DNA from: Octopus sinensis | Taxonomy: Eukaryota | DNA length: 64,000 bases | Direction of reading: 5' to 3' | Assembly (NCBI RefSeq): GCF_006345805.1 | Contig: NC_043012.1 | Span: forward strand, 10,106,001 to 10,170,000 | Shown: positions 39,285 through 54,107 of the stretch, in pieces | Layout of the letters: every line of letters begins with the position of its first letter | Numbering within the stretch: the stretch's first letter is position 1 | Notes under the pieces: generated by a model | Databases searched by the model: none | Told to the model about the DNA's origin: nothing | Seen by the model: only the letters and a program-made list of their open reading frames with translations | Program-made: the position numbers and the translations under genes

Positions 39285-39333
<49 letters not shown>

Positions 39334-40039
39334 TGTGTGTGCGTCTGTGTGTGTTTTCTTTTTTCTTGGTGTATTTAATTCCATATATTAGGGGGTAGAT
39401 GGGACACCGTAACCGTGGTGTAAGCATCCCATCTAGGAGAGGGAAACTCTAATATAAAACCAGGTCTTTGGTTGCTGAGGGTCCCCTTAACAAGGCTGTA
39501 CTATCAGCAAACTCTAACTCATAGAGTAAACTAGGCTCTACAGCCTGTTTATAGCGGTTCGTCTAGGAGATGTAAACCTCCGAAGAAAATACCTGAGGCA
39601 TGTTGTTCTTTGTATTGTAGCATATATGTGCCCCATATTCTTACTATTATCAAATGAAATCAACTCTGCGGGTTTTCTGATAACTTACATTTATTCATTC
39701 AATACGGCATAGGTTCAGCTTGCAAAAACAAAGAAAGTCCTCTGGCGAGAGAGTGAAAGTGGCAGGCACAGGTAAAGGATATTACCTGATCTCTTACTGA
39801 ATCTCTACATAGTCAGCGAACATTGGCTGATGACCGTTCCAGCACTTGCGAGTAACTGTGCTGTCCGTACTGTCCTCCAGTGGTAACAAAGTCGATCTAT
39901 TTAGACACAGTACTGCTTTCCCCAACAAGGGGAGGGACGGGGAACGGAGCCCTAAGCATTGCTTACTCACCTTAAACTTGTCAGCCCACTGCAGCTGTCT
40001 GGTTATTCAGTGACGCAATCGAAATACGAAGTAATCTAA
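38303..40039 (+). mobile_element. Probable 5' UTR of the RTE LINE, interrupted by microsatellites and other inserts
   Basis: GC-richer non-coding blocks upstream of the ORF; AGGAGAGGGAAACTCT-like motifs (~39443, ~39567); ~70-bp diverged repeat at ~39020 and ~39578; HDV-like motif at the 5' edge. Assignment is inference. Confidence 0.4.
39095..39285 (+). mobile_element. Short PLE-like 3' tail fragment with a minimal HHR-like core (39143-39177)
   Basis: GTCT-CTGACGA-A-GAATTTTGCTC-GAAA-CG-TA-AAAC, followed by CCTGAACGTT...AATAC and a T-rich tail; same layout as the reverse complement of 34335-34507. Confidence 0.55.
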
Positions 40040-43000
40040 CAATTTTAACCTTGGAATATTAACCTCTTGGAATGTGCGCACTCTCCAAGTCAGTCGCTCC
40101 ACACCAAAGCGTAAAACAGCACTGGCTGCCCTTGAACTAACGAAATACAAGACTGACATAGCTGCACTCAGTAAAACTCGTTTTGCATGGTGATCAGAGT
40201 TAGAATAAAGAAAAGGTGGCTACATATGTTTCTGGTGTGGAAGAAATGAAGATGAACCACGCCATTCTCATGTTAGTTGTGGCATCAAAACAGAAATAGC
40301 TAGATGTCTTCTTTCTCTACTCAAAGATATTTCTGATCGCATCATGACACTAACGTTAGAACTTGATCAGAGCACTCGTGCTACGCTTGTCAGTTTCTAT
40401 GCCCCAACCATGGTCAGCACTAAGCAGGAAGCGGGATTAGTTTTACAACCAACTCTGTTATGTCATCTCCTGTTGTCATCATAGGGATAAATCTATTCTT
40501 ATGGGCGCCTTTAAGGCTCGTGTGCATTATCAGGCATGGGAGGCTGTACTTGGTTGAAATGGTGTAGGTCGAATGAACTCCAGCGGTCTGGGTGTACTAT
40601 CCATCTGCAGGGAATTCAGGCTAAGCATCGCAAATACCTCTTTTCAACAGCGACATCTGGATGCATCCTAGATCACAGAACTGGCACCCTATAGACTATG
40701 TTATCATTAAGAAACGAGATATTAGTCACTTTAACATTACCCGTTCCATTCATAAGACCTGTTATCTCTGAGCATTCTCGTCTCGGTAGCAAGGCTACGT
40801 TCCATCTGAAACGCACAAGACTACAAAAGTCATCAGTGCCTAAGCACACTAATGTTCTGCCTTTGAAAACTGTTGAAAAGCAGACTGTGCCCTCTATTAA
40901 GTTGGAGACCACTCAATACTGGGGATATCAATGATGACATACAATCATCTTGGAAGGCTCTTCATGATGCAACGCACTCTGAATATGTAGAGGTTCTTGG
41001 AATTCTTGTTCGAAAACAATAAGATTGATTGAATGATAACAACACAAATGTCAAACAGTTGACGGATCAAATGCACAGCTCTCACAAAACTTGGATAAAT
41101 GATAAGAGATCATCCACAAAAGAGAATGCCAACAAGAAACGCAGAGGCCAGGTCCAACATGCTCGGAGACAAATGAAGGATGCTTGGTGGTCTTTCGAGG
41201 CTACTGCGCTCCAAGAAGCGGCAGACATAAAGGATTCTAAAGCCTTTTACGATGACCCCAAGAAAGCGTATGTTCCTCAAGTGCACGATGTTACTCATAT
41301 TTTTTCATCGAATAGAGAGACACCCCTGACTGACAAATCTCAGATCTTGAAACGATGGAAGGATCATTTTGAAGCCTTGTTGAACTCTACCTCAGTCACT
41401 AACGACGATATCATAATGTCTGTTCCGCAGCACACTCTAATACCAGAACTGTCTCGGGAGCCAAACTTTCTCGAAGTGGTAGACTCTATTAAACAGACCT
41501 CTTCTGGTAAAGCACCTGGCAGGGATGCTATCCCTCATGAAATTTAAAAACTTGGACATAAGCTCTTTTAAGAAACTGCATGATCTCTTCATAAACATCT
41601 GGAAGGTACCACAAGACTTCAAGGATGATTCAGTCCAACATCTGTATAAGAACAAAGGCAACAGAAATATATGTGATGATCATCGTGAAACATTGTTTCT
41701 GCCTATTGCCGGTAAGATTCTTGCTCAACTCAATTTTGACAAGATCATAAAGCACGTTGGTAATGATATATACCCAGATGTACAGTGTGGATTTCGCTCT
41801 GGTCGTGGCACTATCGTCATGATCTTTTCCCTCCTACAGGTTATGGAGAAAGTAAGTGAGAAAAATCACGAGTTATTCATGGTGTTCGTTGACTTTACTA
41901 AGACCTTCGACACTGTTAACCAGCAAGCACTATGGAAATATTTGAAAAAGCTTGGTATACTTGACAAAATGTTGAATGTTATCATCTCCTTTCATGAGGG
42001 AATGAAGGCTGCTGTAGTGTCCGGCTTCCTTTGACATTATAAACGACATATAGCAAAGTTGTGTTATGGCCCCTGTTCTGGTTGCATTCTTCTTTCCAGT
42101 GATGCTGACGTAGGCTTTTAGTGACATGCAAAGTGGTGTCAAATTCCAGTTCCGATTAAGTGGTGGACTATTCAATCATCAGCGTTTCAAATCCAGAACA
42201 CTGCTACACACCAGTATCATTCGTGGTCTGCTTTTTACAGACGATGCTGCACTAGTAGCGACCTATATAAAGGAAGCTCAGAAACTTCTAGACCAGTTTT
42301 CTGCTGCCTGTAAAGCCTTTGGCTTGGCCATCAGCATAAAGAAGACGGAAGTAATCCACCACCCTTGCCCTAATCCTAAACGAATTCGAGGTGTAAAGCG
42401 GAGGTCATCGCTTCACAAGTTTTCTGATACTCCTATACAGGTTGATGGGAAAAGCCTAAATTATGTGAAGTCATTTACATATCTTGGTTGTAAAGTGAAT
42501 TCGTGCCCTTCCCTCGATGATAAAATCGTCAACCGTCTTGCATTCGCAAGCAACGCATTTAGCAAACTCCGTCATCGCCTACGGAATGGAAGTGGCATCA
42601 AACTTGACACCAAAGTGTAGGGTTATATACCAGCTATACTTTCCAATCTCTTGTATGGCTGAGAATCGTGGATACCTTATATACGATACATTAGCCTCTA
42701 GAAATCTTCCACAGAGACTGTCTGAGGACAATCTGCGGTTATGCAGTAACAAAGTTTCTAATATTAACTTGTTCAGCAACTGTAAGATTGGTGGAGCTGA
42801 GAGCTTCCTTTTACAATCAAAATTGCGTTGAACTGGCCATGTCGTAAGAATAACTGAAGAAAGAATACCCAAGGTCCTCATGCAAAGCCAATTTGAGAGT
42901 GAACACAGGAAAGTCGTTGACCATGGCTCAGATATAAGGATAAGATGAAGAGTAACCTCTTAGTGATGAAGACAGCTCACAACACCTTTTAGCGAACAGT

Positions 43001-43205
43001 TTTGGTACGAACAAAATGGAGATCGATGTTTCAAAACGGTATTAAAACTTTGTTGCAACCAATATTAACAGGTTTCGGGATGCAAAACAAAAGAGAAGTG
43101 CGGCTTCAAGCATACCGCCTACACTGACCTGTAATTCTCAAACTTGCAACATTTGTGGTCTTCTTTGCAAATCTTTGTGGGGATGTAAATGTCACATTCG
43201 ACGGA
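40040..43205 (+). mobile_element. Decayed RTE-clade LINE (APE endonuclease + RT + C-terminal CCHC-type motif)
   Basis: Endonuclease N-terminus WNVRTL...ALELTKYKTDIAALSKTR, ISDRIMTL, YAPT. RT motifs QCGFRSGRGT, VFVDFTKTFDTV, LLFTDDAAL, FTYLG. C-terminal [10 protein letters not shown]...CHIR. Many stops and frameshifts. Confidence 0.9.
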
Positions 43206-43279
43206 GAAAGGAAAAAGAACTTTGTCGGAACCAGATACGTTGAAACACACGAGAAAGACCATTATATATATATATATAT

Positions 43280-43311
<32 letters not shown>

Positions 43312-43346
43312 ATATATATATTATATATTATATATATATATATGAA

Positions 43347-43390
<44 letters not shown>

Positions 43391-43508
43391 TATTATACAT
43401 GTATATGTATATATGTATATATATATATATGCATATACATATATATATATATGTATATATATGTATACATATGTATATATTTATGTATATATATATATAT
43501 ATATATAT

Positions 43509-43844
43509 GCATGGCTCAGTGGTTAGAGCGTCGAGCTTACGATCGTGAGGTGGTGAGCTCGAATCCCGGACCGGGCTGCGTGTTGTGTTCTTGAGCAAGG
43601 CACTTTATTTCACGTTGCTCCAGTTCACTCAGCTGTAGAAATGAGTTGCGACGTCACAGGTGCCAAGCTGTATCGACCTTTGTCTTTCCCTTGGATAACA
43701 CTGGTGGCGTTGAGAGGGGAGGCTGGTATGCATGGGCGACTGCTGGTCTTCCATAAACAACCTTGCCCGGACATGTATCTAGGAAGGTAACTTTCTAGGT
43801 GCAATCCCATGGTCATTCATGACCGAAGGGGGTCTTTACCCTTA
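43509..43844 (+). mobile_element. SINE family A head with a different 3' body
   Basis: tRNA-Arg-like head (CTTACGATC) and shared CTTGAGCAAGGCACTTTATTTCACG domain; alternative tail. Confidence 0.8.
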
Positions 43845-43854
43845 TATATATATA

Positions 43855-43885
<31 letters not shown>

Positions 43886-44745
43886 CATATATATACATGT
43901 ACCTATGCATACATATGGGTATATAGATGCATAAACAAACACGCACACACACGCACGCTCACACACACTCACTCGCAGATATATATAGAGAGAGATATGC
44001 TCACAAGCACAGTCGATCGTAAATATTATTAACGATATTTATCTGAAAAACACTGCTAAGAAATTGTAAAAAAAAAAATAACGAAGATCATTGCAGATTA
44101 TTGTGATTTAAAAATTCCACAGTCTACATTAGCAAAACTCAATTATGATTACCTTCAGGAGTATCCCCCATTAGATAGTAAGAGGTTCCTCGAAATATTA
44201 TATTCTCAAAAACGTGAACATCTGAAAATATAATAAAAGAAAGAAAATATAAAATCTGAAATAGTTGGTAAAGTTTGAATAACAATTATTGAGTAAGGCA
44301 AAACAGTAAATGAGAGAAGATAAGCCTAAATTATGAGGCGGCTACTTTAAATTCAGACGTAGGAACTTAATATTCCTAGTATCAAAATTATCGTTCGTAT
44401 CATCAACAACATTATATATAAAGCTGACAGCATAAATCATGTCTTCAGGGATGAAGCTGTCATCAATATTTGGATGAAAATCTTTCTTACGATATTTATT
44501 ATCAGTTTTCCGAAGAGCATCATAACCAAACTTGTCACAATAATTGACATTCTGCGCCATCTTCACTAGTGTACAATTCCAGAGCGAAATTCAGAGAACA
44601 ACACTCATATTATTGAGGAAATGCCTATAAATATACCATAGAACATACACACACGTCTTAAAATAATGTATATAAGATTACAATACCAGAAATATATATT
44701 TATATATATATAGATAGATAGATATATACATATATATATACATTA

Positions 44746-45848
44746 TCTTTATATATATAAAACTGACAATGTTTGTCTGTCTGTCTGTGTGTTCCCTAAA
44801 ACTTGAGAACTACACAACCAATTTCATTCAAATTTTACACATGCCTTACTTCGGGTCCGGGGAGTGTCATCGGCCAATAAAAGTTTGAACTTTTTGCCTA
44901 GGGCGAGCCCACAGCAATATCATATCTTCTCCATTACGATTCCCTAGAATTTGAGAACTACACAACCAATTCCATTCAAATTTTACACATGCCTTACTTA
45001 GGGTCCATGTAGTTTCATGGGCAAAAAAATGTTCAACTTCTTGCCTAGAGCGAGCCCATAGCAATATCATATCTTCTTCACTATTTCAGTATTACGTGTT
45101 AAAAGTGAAACAAAAACGTTTCTCTATTTTATGTCAGATACTTTCACTTTAACAATAAAAATAATAATAACAATTGAGTTATATGTAGTAAGTAATAATT
45201 AAAATCAAACTAAAGTAACATGACAAAAGTAAAAATAGCAATTGGTATAAAATTGCATCAATGATTTGAACTTGAATAAGTGGTTTCACATGAATGGGAA
45301 TAAATTAAAAATAAAATTAGCGTGCAGAAATGGAATAGTCCAGATGGATAATAAAAAATTAAATTAAAGAAAAAAGAAGATTTGAACACATGGAGGAAAG
45401 CACTTTCGAAAAGTGTCTTGGTGCGACTATGAAAGGTATCTAATCAGAGGTGGTAAATTCGCCACAATAGAAGTAAGGTTCGAGTCAACGGAGCGTGCAA
45501 GGGAGTACTCGAACTTGCAAAGTGGAAATATTTTATTTTTACCTTTATATCTAATTTAAATACCCCCCCCCAGAAGTAGAGGTAGGCTGGATTGTAGCCA
45601 CACTTCTATACAAGAGGGAGGACAAGATACAATTGATTGAAATTACAAGAGACGGGCTAACAATTCCAGTCTGTTATATATTTTGAGTATTGTTATCACT
45701 AGCGATATCAAGATATAACTTTGTATTTTGTATGTTATGTGTAGATGTGTATATATATATAGGTGTACATGTAATATGTACACATATATATACGCATATA
45801 TACATGCACTAGCACTATGACCCGGCAACGACGGGTCTTTAATGCTAG
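44746..45848 (+). mobile_element. Non-autonomous Helitron-like element
   Basis: 5' A|TC...TATATATAAAA, (GTCT)n, two ~146-bp tandem core repeats (~44800-45085), 3' hairpin GACCCG-GCAACGA-CGGGTC then CTAG|T. Confidence 0.7.
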
Positions 45849-48246
45849 TATATATATATGTATGTTTGTATCTATGTATATATACGAATACATATGTATA
45901 TGCATATATATATATGTAGGTATATATGTGTGTGCGTTTGTGTGTGTATGTGTGCGGGTGTACGCGAATATATTAGTTGGTGACTTGTATTTTCATATGC
46001 TTTGATAAAATGAAGAGAAAAGAAATCATTCAATACGAAATTATTAGAGGAGCAGGTGCAAATATCTACATAATATGTATTCGACAATATATATATTGGG
46101 CTTCATGACATGTAAGCACGGGAAATTGTAGATTGTGTATGTTAATCTTAAACTCATATATCTGGGAATCAAACGGGCTCAAAAGGATAGGTATGAGTTT
46201 CTACCCCGTACATAAGTTCCTTAGTTAATTTGTTAATATGCCTACATTTATGAGGATCTGAGGGCTCATATCGGAATAATCAATTGAAATCTCAATTTTA
46301 TTTAAAACAGAATAAAATGTCCTCCTTATTCCATAGAAAAAAAAATGTCCGTTACTGTTGAGGTAGTGTCGGTTTGGTTCGTGTAAAATTTAATCATTTT
46401 CGTATCTCTCAATTAAAGTATATGTTCTGTTCTGAGGGATGTTGGTTATCCTCTTTTTTTCCTTCTGTAATATGCTGTGTAGTTGTATTGTGGAATTTTT
46501 GAACGTTCACTTTTCTTGTCTATGCGTTTATCTTGTTTTCTGTAGTGACTGCACAACTAATCTTACTTAGCATGCGCAATCAACAATTGACAGCACCTTG
46601 TTAATGTAAAATAGGCACCAATAAAAACCACTATAAAATCCATCCCGGGAAATCTTCAATAGAATCGCATCCATTTGTTGAACGTTCCAATTTATATAAA
46701 TCGTAAAATCATGAGAAGCTACTAATATTTATGTAATATATTTGAGGCAGTTTAAAATTACATTCCTTATTGACTACTTATATTTTTCTCACGCAACTAT
46801 GCACAAAATATATTTGGCACTTTTAGTAAACAAGCTTATTATTCGGGAAATAATGGATCTAGACTGTTTACTAAAACAGCTAGCGGATATTGCATGCCTC
46901 GATTCCTAGAAAATAAATATTTGAAGCGAACAAGGCAAAATTTATTTGCACGGTAATAAAAGGTGGGATATGTCAACAATCAACAATTTTAGTTGGAGAA
47001 TATTTAATTGGCCGCCATACTTTTCACATGTTGCGTCTGAACTATTTGCAAAGTCAAATGAAGTAAATTTGAAAAAGTAGAAATCCTGTAAAAGTTATAT
47101 ATTTCTGATAAAATTAAAACTTTATATAAATCATACGACAAGTACACGAAATGTCAGCCAAATTTCAACCAAAGATGATATAACGAAGTTGAAAACTGCT
47201 CAAATTTCTATATTGTTTAGCCAACCTTAAAGCACATCTAGCAATGACAAATCACAGATAGTAATTTGATTCCAAGACAGATGTAGATTACTTCATTTAA
47301 TCAGGAGTGATGAATTTGTGTCACACATATCAAACAATATTAATTTTATTAGCAACAGAGTCGTAAATATATTCACATTGTACTATAGCAACACTGAATC
47401 ATCAGCTGCCGTACATTATGCAAAAACAGACAAATTATATTTAATTGATACTGGAACTTTAGTAATAAAGGAAATCGTTTTGTCGATAACCAATGTTGGC
47501 AAATAAAATGAGAGTTCGGAAAAAATATCACAACTTTAATAGAGGAACATAACATTGACAGATCAGTGATTCACGCTAAATATAATTTGTCACGTTATAT
47601 CGCAACTACGAACTATAATCTACCTTTTTTGCTACAAGTTATTTTACTCCAATTATATTCAGCTACTCACACACATACACGTCTGTGTGTATGCATAAAC
47701 AGAAATGTAAATATAAATATGTGTCTGCGTGTGTACGTATTCTCTTCTGTGTTTTGTTATTCAAATTCTTTATGGGAGGATGGAGCACGTTTCTAAGATC
47801 GAGAATTACCTTGCATATACTCTCACCTCGAAGACCACCACTTCACGCTGTTCCACTTCCACCCTCATTTGTAAATTACTTGGTGACGCTGCTGGTGTCC
47901 TACGTAAAATGTACCAGGGTTATTGCCACTTAATAAACATACAGTAAACTCTGTGATCTGTTTAGAGTAAGGAAAGGCGTCCACTCGTAGAATCCATGCC
48001 AAAACAGACAATGCTGTCCACGGCTTACCACCTTCTGTCAAACCGTCCAAGCCATGCTAGCAGACATTAAATGAAGATGATGGATATAACGCTGATGATA
48101 ATGTGTGTGTATATGTATAGATGCATATATATACATATATACGTATGTGTATGTATGTGCGTGTGTGTGTGCGCGTGTGTGTGCGTGTGTGTGTGTGTAT
48201 ATAAACACGTAGGTACATATACATGGATGTAGGTATATTTATACAC

Positions 48247-48306
<60 letters not shown>

Positions 48307-48336
48307 TATGCATGTAGGTACATTTATACACATATA

Positions 48337-48420
<84 letters not shown>

Positions 48421-48439
48421 AAGCACCTACAACATGTAG

Positions 48440-48735
48440 TTGCAGGCGTGGCTGTAAGAAATTTGCGTCCCAACCCCACATTTCCGAGTTCAGTCCCACT
48501 GCATGACACCTTAGTCGAATGTCTTTTGCTATGCAACTGGCCGACAGAAACTGAAAAAATTCCTTCGAATATGTGTTTATTTCCACCTAACTTAGCAGAT
48601 CGGCAAAGGGGACCGCTAGTATAATTAATAGGCTTTAAAAATAAGTCCTGCCTGTGGTCAATTTGTTCGGCTAAACCTCTTCGAGGCAGTGGCCCAGCAT
48701 GGCACCAGTCAAATGACTGAAACAAGAAATAAAAA
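48440..48735 (+). mobile_element. SINE family C, diverged and internally deleted
   Basis: Head, central and tail blocks recognisable. Confidence 0.7.
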
Positions 48736-49494
48736 TTTATTGCAAGTAATTATTAAGAGAACAGGAATGAGAGAGAGTCCAGATATTCTTCCTGTATGAG
48801 AACTAAATAACAAGCTGATTTCTCCTACACATGATACAGTAACCCAAGAATATTTAAATGAACTAATACTACAATAATTTTCTGAAAAGTTAATTGTGGT
48901 GAAAATCACGAAATTAGATATAATTAATATATTCTAATTTAATTAATATGTAATGCAATGGGTTGTGAGTTTCATATTTAACACTACGGTGAGAATTGCA
49001 TAGCCATTTCTTTTCTCCAACCCGGAATTTTAAGCAAGAACCAGCCATGTAGAAAATAATCATTCACATAAATTATTGTGCCATTTTAATTAATTAGAAT
49101 TGGGTTTGCTTATAGCATTAATTCTGCTGACGGCCGATTTAATGTTCATTTTTGTGTAAAAGAATCACACAAGCTCATAGTTTTGAATTTTATGTTATTC
49201 TTCCATAATATAATCTTCGTCAGATTTGCCTTAGTGTTTACCAATGGTCATGGCACCAGATACAAAAGTGACACAGAAATAATTATGCATAGAATAAAAT
49301 TTTCTCGATGAAAACGGAAACAGGGTCATAATACTGAAGAATTTGAGTTAAATGCAAAATCATTCGATAGCACTGACATATACACAATGGAAGAGTTATG
49401 TTAAACTACGTAAATGATGATTAAAAAAAAACAACTTATGATGTAGATTTGTAAAATTCCATGAATTATCTCACTTGTCACAAACTGTTTTTTA

Positions 49495-49945
49495 TCTTTC
49501 AGTAGTTAGACTGTAGCCATGCTGGAGCACCACCTTCAAGGATATTGGACGAATGAATAGACCACAATGCTTAATTTGTAAGCCCGATTCTTTTTCTATC
49601 GGTCATTTTTGTCGAACCTCAAAGTTACGGGGACGTAAACACACCAATCCCGGTTGTTTTCCGGTGGTAAGGGAAAAGACACACGTGCAAAGACACAAAG
49701 ACACACACACGCACACACATCAACACGCACACATACACGCATGCACACACGCAAGCACACACACAAACAAACATACACACAAACGACGTCCTTTTCCCAG
49801 TTTCCGTTTACCAAATCCACCCACAGCGCATCAGTTGCCCTGAGATTGAACTAAAAGACAATTTCCTAAGGTACCAAACAGTGGGACTGAATGCAGAACC
49901 ATATGTTTTAGAAGCAAGCTTCTTACCGCAGAGCCACGCCTGCTC
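49495..49945 (-). mobile_element. SINE family C, diverged
   Basis: Reverse complement alignment. Confidence 0.8.
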
Positions 49946-51319
49946 TTATCACTATAAATTTAACATTCATCTCTTAAATTACTAATTCAACCGTCAAGGT
50001 CTACAGTCATTTCCACTTTGTTGGAAATATATGTTCTTAGTATTTTAACTGTAACAATTTATTTGACGATTGTGAGTTTCCAAACATTAAACAAACCGAA
50101 TGTTAAGTTTAAGTAGATAAATATACGAATAGCAAGCAGACTTTCTCTCAAAAACATATAAATAAATAAACAAGACAGAAACAATATTACTGTATTTCTG
50201 GTCTTTCATCTAACAAAGAAATCATCGATGGAACCGTTTCCAATCTTTAACGGAATCAAAGAACGCAATTAGTTTACTCCAACGACGTTAGAGTCAACAA
50301 ATAAAGCAAGATGATGGAAGAACATATGATTTAAACCACCATTCTTTCTATGTCTGAGAATGGATGTTGCAAAATAGCTGTTAAATATTTTTGTCTTGCA
50401 ATTATAATTGAAATATAGATACCAGCAAATACAATTTATCATACAAAGAAGATTAGCTTTCTCTATATATTCTTCATGAAAGAGAAGCATTCTAAAGTTT
50501 CTGAAACAGACAATAGATGATAAATTAGCAAAAGAAGGATATATCTTAAAAGAAGTGCAGCAATCGAAATATGAAATAAACTTCTTAATAGTTTTTCAAA
50601 TTCTTAGGAGTTTTGGGGTGAAATTGATGAGGTGAAACCATCGATTCTCGTAGGAGTACTCTGCATTATTTAATCGACACTGAGGATACAAAAGCCAAAG
50701 TTGATCTCAGCGTAATTTGAACCCAGAACATTAAGAGACGTATAAATAGCAAACGTTATTTTGGCCGATACTCTAAAGTTTTGGCGCTCTTTGCAATGCA
50801 ACTGGTTATCAGTTTATATATATATATATATATATACATATATCTGTGTGTACATATATGCCTGTATAGTATTATTCAGTTTATTTCTAGAACTCTTGCC
50901 AATAGAGAATGAACCGGTTTCTAACCTAGATCCAAGACTCCTTCATTGTGATTCCAACATCAACAAAAGGGTATCTTTGTATGCATGTATGTGCAGATTT
51001 GTATGTTTTATGTATGTATTCTTATGCATATAGTTGCATTTCGAGACATGCTCATATATATTTAAATGATAAACTTCTGGAAAATTTTACAGATTTTTTC
51101 AGTTCCAGTGATACGTTGGATCTATAGTCTTCGAATCCTACATCCTTTGAGAATGTTTTAACTAGGTGAAGACTGTTTTTTTTATCTGATGCATATTTTT
51201 GGCATGTTTTAAGTCACCCACAAAGAGAGAGTGTGTAATTTCAGTGTTTCTGTTGCCTTGTGAACCAGTGAGATATGTATGTATGTGTGTATGTATGTAT
51301 GTTTGTGTGTATATATTAT

Positions 51320-51550
51320 TTCTTTACTGCGCACAGGGGGCTAAACATAGAGGAGACAAACAAGGACAGACAAAGGGATTAAGTCGATTAGATTGACCTC
51401 AGCGTAACTGGTACTTAATTTATCGACCCCGAAAGGATGAAAGGCAAAGTCGACCTCGGCGGAATTTGAACTCAAAACGTAAAGCCAAACGAAATACTGC
51501 TAAGCATTTCGCCCGGTATGCTAACGGTTCGCCCTTTTCAAGCTTAGCCA
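51320..51550 (-). mobile_element. SINE family B
   Basis: Reverse complement of the family B unit. Other minus-strand remnants at ~22362-22465, ~34030-34190 and ~50650-50790. Confidence 0.88.
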
Positions 51551-52731
51551 GGTTCATGGACCCGCTTTCCCGGTTTCTATGGCGCATGTGCTCCCCACCC
51601 AGCTGGACGGGACGCCAGTGCATCGCAGCGTTATTCAAGAAACAGGAAGAGAGAGTGAGAGAATGTTGGTGCGAAAGAGTACAACAGGGATTGTACAACA
51701 CCATCACTGACAAACGCTATGAAAAAAGACCATTATACTAAGGGAAATTACTGTGTTATAATTTCGCTACTTATATAAAGCGCTAATCCAATGACCGCTA
51801 ATCGTGTGTGTATATGTTTGTGTGCCTGTGTTGGTCCCGCAACATCGCTTGATTACAAATGGTGGTGTGTTTACGTCACCGCAACGATAGAATAAGAACT
51901 AGGCTTCTAAAGTATAAGTTTTGGGGGTCAATTTGCTCGACTAAAGGCGGTGCCCCAGCATGGCCGCAGTCAAATGACTGAAACAAGTAAAAGTAAGTAA
52001 GTAAATAATTACATTTTTAGTATTTCATTTATCTATTGATCATCCTAATTTCCTTATCTTTACGTTTCTATACCCGCCTGAGTTTAAATCTTTTGAGTAC
52101 TACCGCGCGTATTCTATACGGAACCATATCCATGCATATATGCATACATTCACATATACAGATGTATATATAAACTAATGTATATGCATACAGACATATA
52201 TACAGTTTTATACAGGTAAACATATACGCATTTATCCATACACATACACACGAACATACACGCATATACATGCACAGATCGCATACCTATATATCCATCA
52301 CACGTACATGATTTCATATATACACCTTCATTACAATAAAGGTATTTTAATTAAAAACTACTAAAACAATAGCAGACATTCTCAAAATACGATTCCACTG
52401 ATTGTTGTAGTGCATTGTTTGACATTCTTTTAATGCTACACAAGGTATGAAATATATTTATATATATATATATGTCTCTGTGTGTGTGTGTGTAGTTGTG
52501 TGTTTCTCTATGTATATAAAGATATATTTATGCATATGCATATATATGCATATATATATAAGCATATACAAAGTATATAAATATGAGTGCGTGCATGTGT
52601 AGATATGCATATGTGGCAGTGTGTACTTATATAAGTATGTATGTATATAAATAAATAAATATATATATATATATACACATATAGTTATATATATGTATAC
52701 GTACATATATACATACGCATATACAAGCATG

Positions 52732-52819
<88 letters not shown>

Positions 52820-53244
52820 CTGTGTGTGTGAGTGTGTATGTGTGTGTGTGCCTGTGTGTGTGTGCGTGTGTGCGTCTCTAGATTCACTTTTCCGTAGACT
52901 TTTTCTAGTAAATATCCAGATCTGTTATAGCAGCGACTGACTAAAACAATTGCGTTGTAGACGATCATTTATAACTATGCAACACCAACGTACCAAAAGA
53001 GGTTTTCACTTTTCTCTTTCCAACCATTATGTATTAACATATATATGATATCAAACAATGACAACATTCTTGAACAGGAAATACGATAGCATTGTTGTAC
53101 ATAAGTAATATGTATGAATCAAAGCAACATGCATGTTCGGTGTATCTTTATGTATGTTTAAATAAATGTCTATATAATATATACATAGTTCGCGATCTAT
53201 TGTGAGAAGGTTACTATCAAGAATGTGAAGTCAAAAGTATACTC

Positions 53245-53480
53245 TCTCTTTTACTCTTTTACTTGTTTCAGTCATTTGATTGCGGCCATGCTGGAGCACC
53301 GCCTTTAGTCGAGCAAATCGACCCCAGGGCAAATTCTTTGTAAGCCTAGTACTTATTCTATCTTTTGCCGAACCGCTAAGTTACGGGGATGTAAGCACAC
53401 CACCATCGGTTGTCAAGCGATGTTGGAGAGACAAACACAAACACATAAACATACACACACACACACACGCACACACACAC

Positions 53481-53564
<84 letters not shown>

Positions 53565-54046
53565 GATGGGCTTCTTTCAGTTTCCGTCTACCAAATCCAC
53601 TGACAAGGATTGGTCGGCCCGAGGCTATAGTAGAAGACACTTGCCCAATGTGCCACGCATTGGGAATGAACCCGGAACCATGTGGCTGGTAAACAAGCTA
53701 CATACCACACATCCACTCCTGCGCCTATAATATAGAGTATTTTTCATGAATTGTCGAGAATATTTTATGCACTCGCGCAGAGTGTTTATGTGGATTACAC
53801 ATTATAAAGTATTTCTGTGTAGTCTTATATACTCTTTTATTATGTTATTCTTTTATTTGTTTCAGTCATTTGACTGTTGCCATGCTGGAGCACCGCCCTC
53901 CGTCGAGCAAATCGAACTCAAGACTTTATTCTTTGTAATCCTAGTACTTATTCTATCGGGCTCTTTTTGCCGAACCTTTACGACACCGGGACGTAAACAC
54001 ACGAACATCGGTGTCAATCGGTGTTGGGTGAACAGACCCAGACAGA

Positions 54047-54075
<29 letters not shown>
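53245..54075 (-). mobile_element. Two SINE family C copies (53245-53727 full; 53852-54075 3' half)
   Basis: Reverse complement alignment. Confidence 0.88.
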
Positions 54076-54104
<29 letters not shown>

Positions 54105-54107
54105 CAG

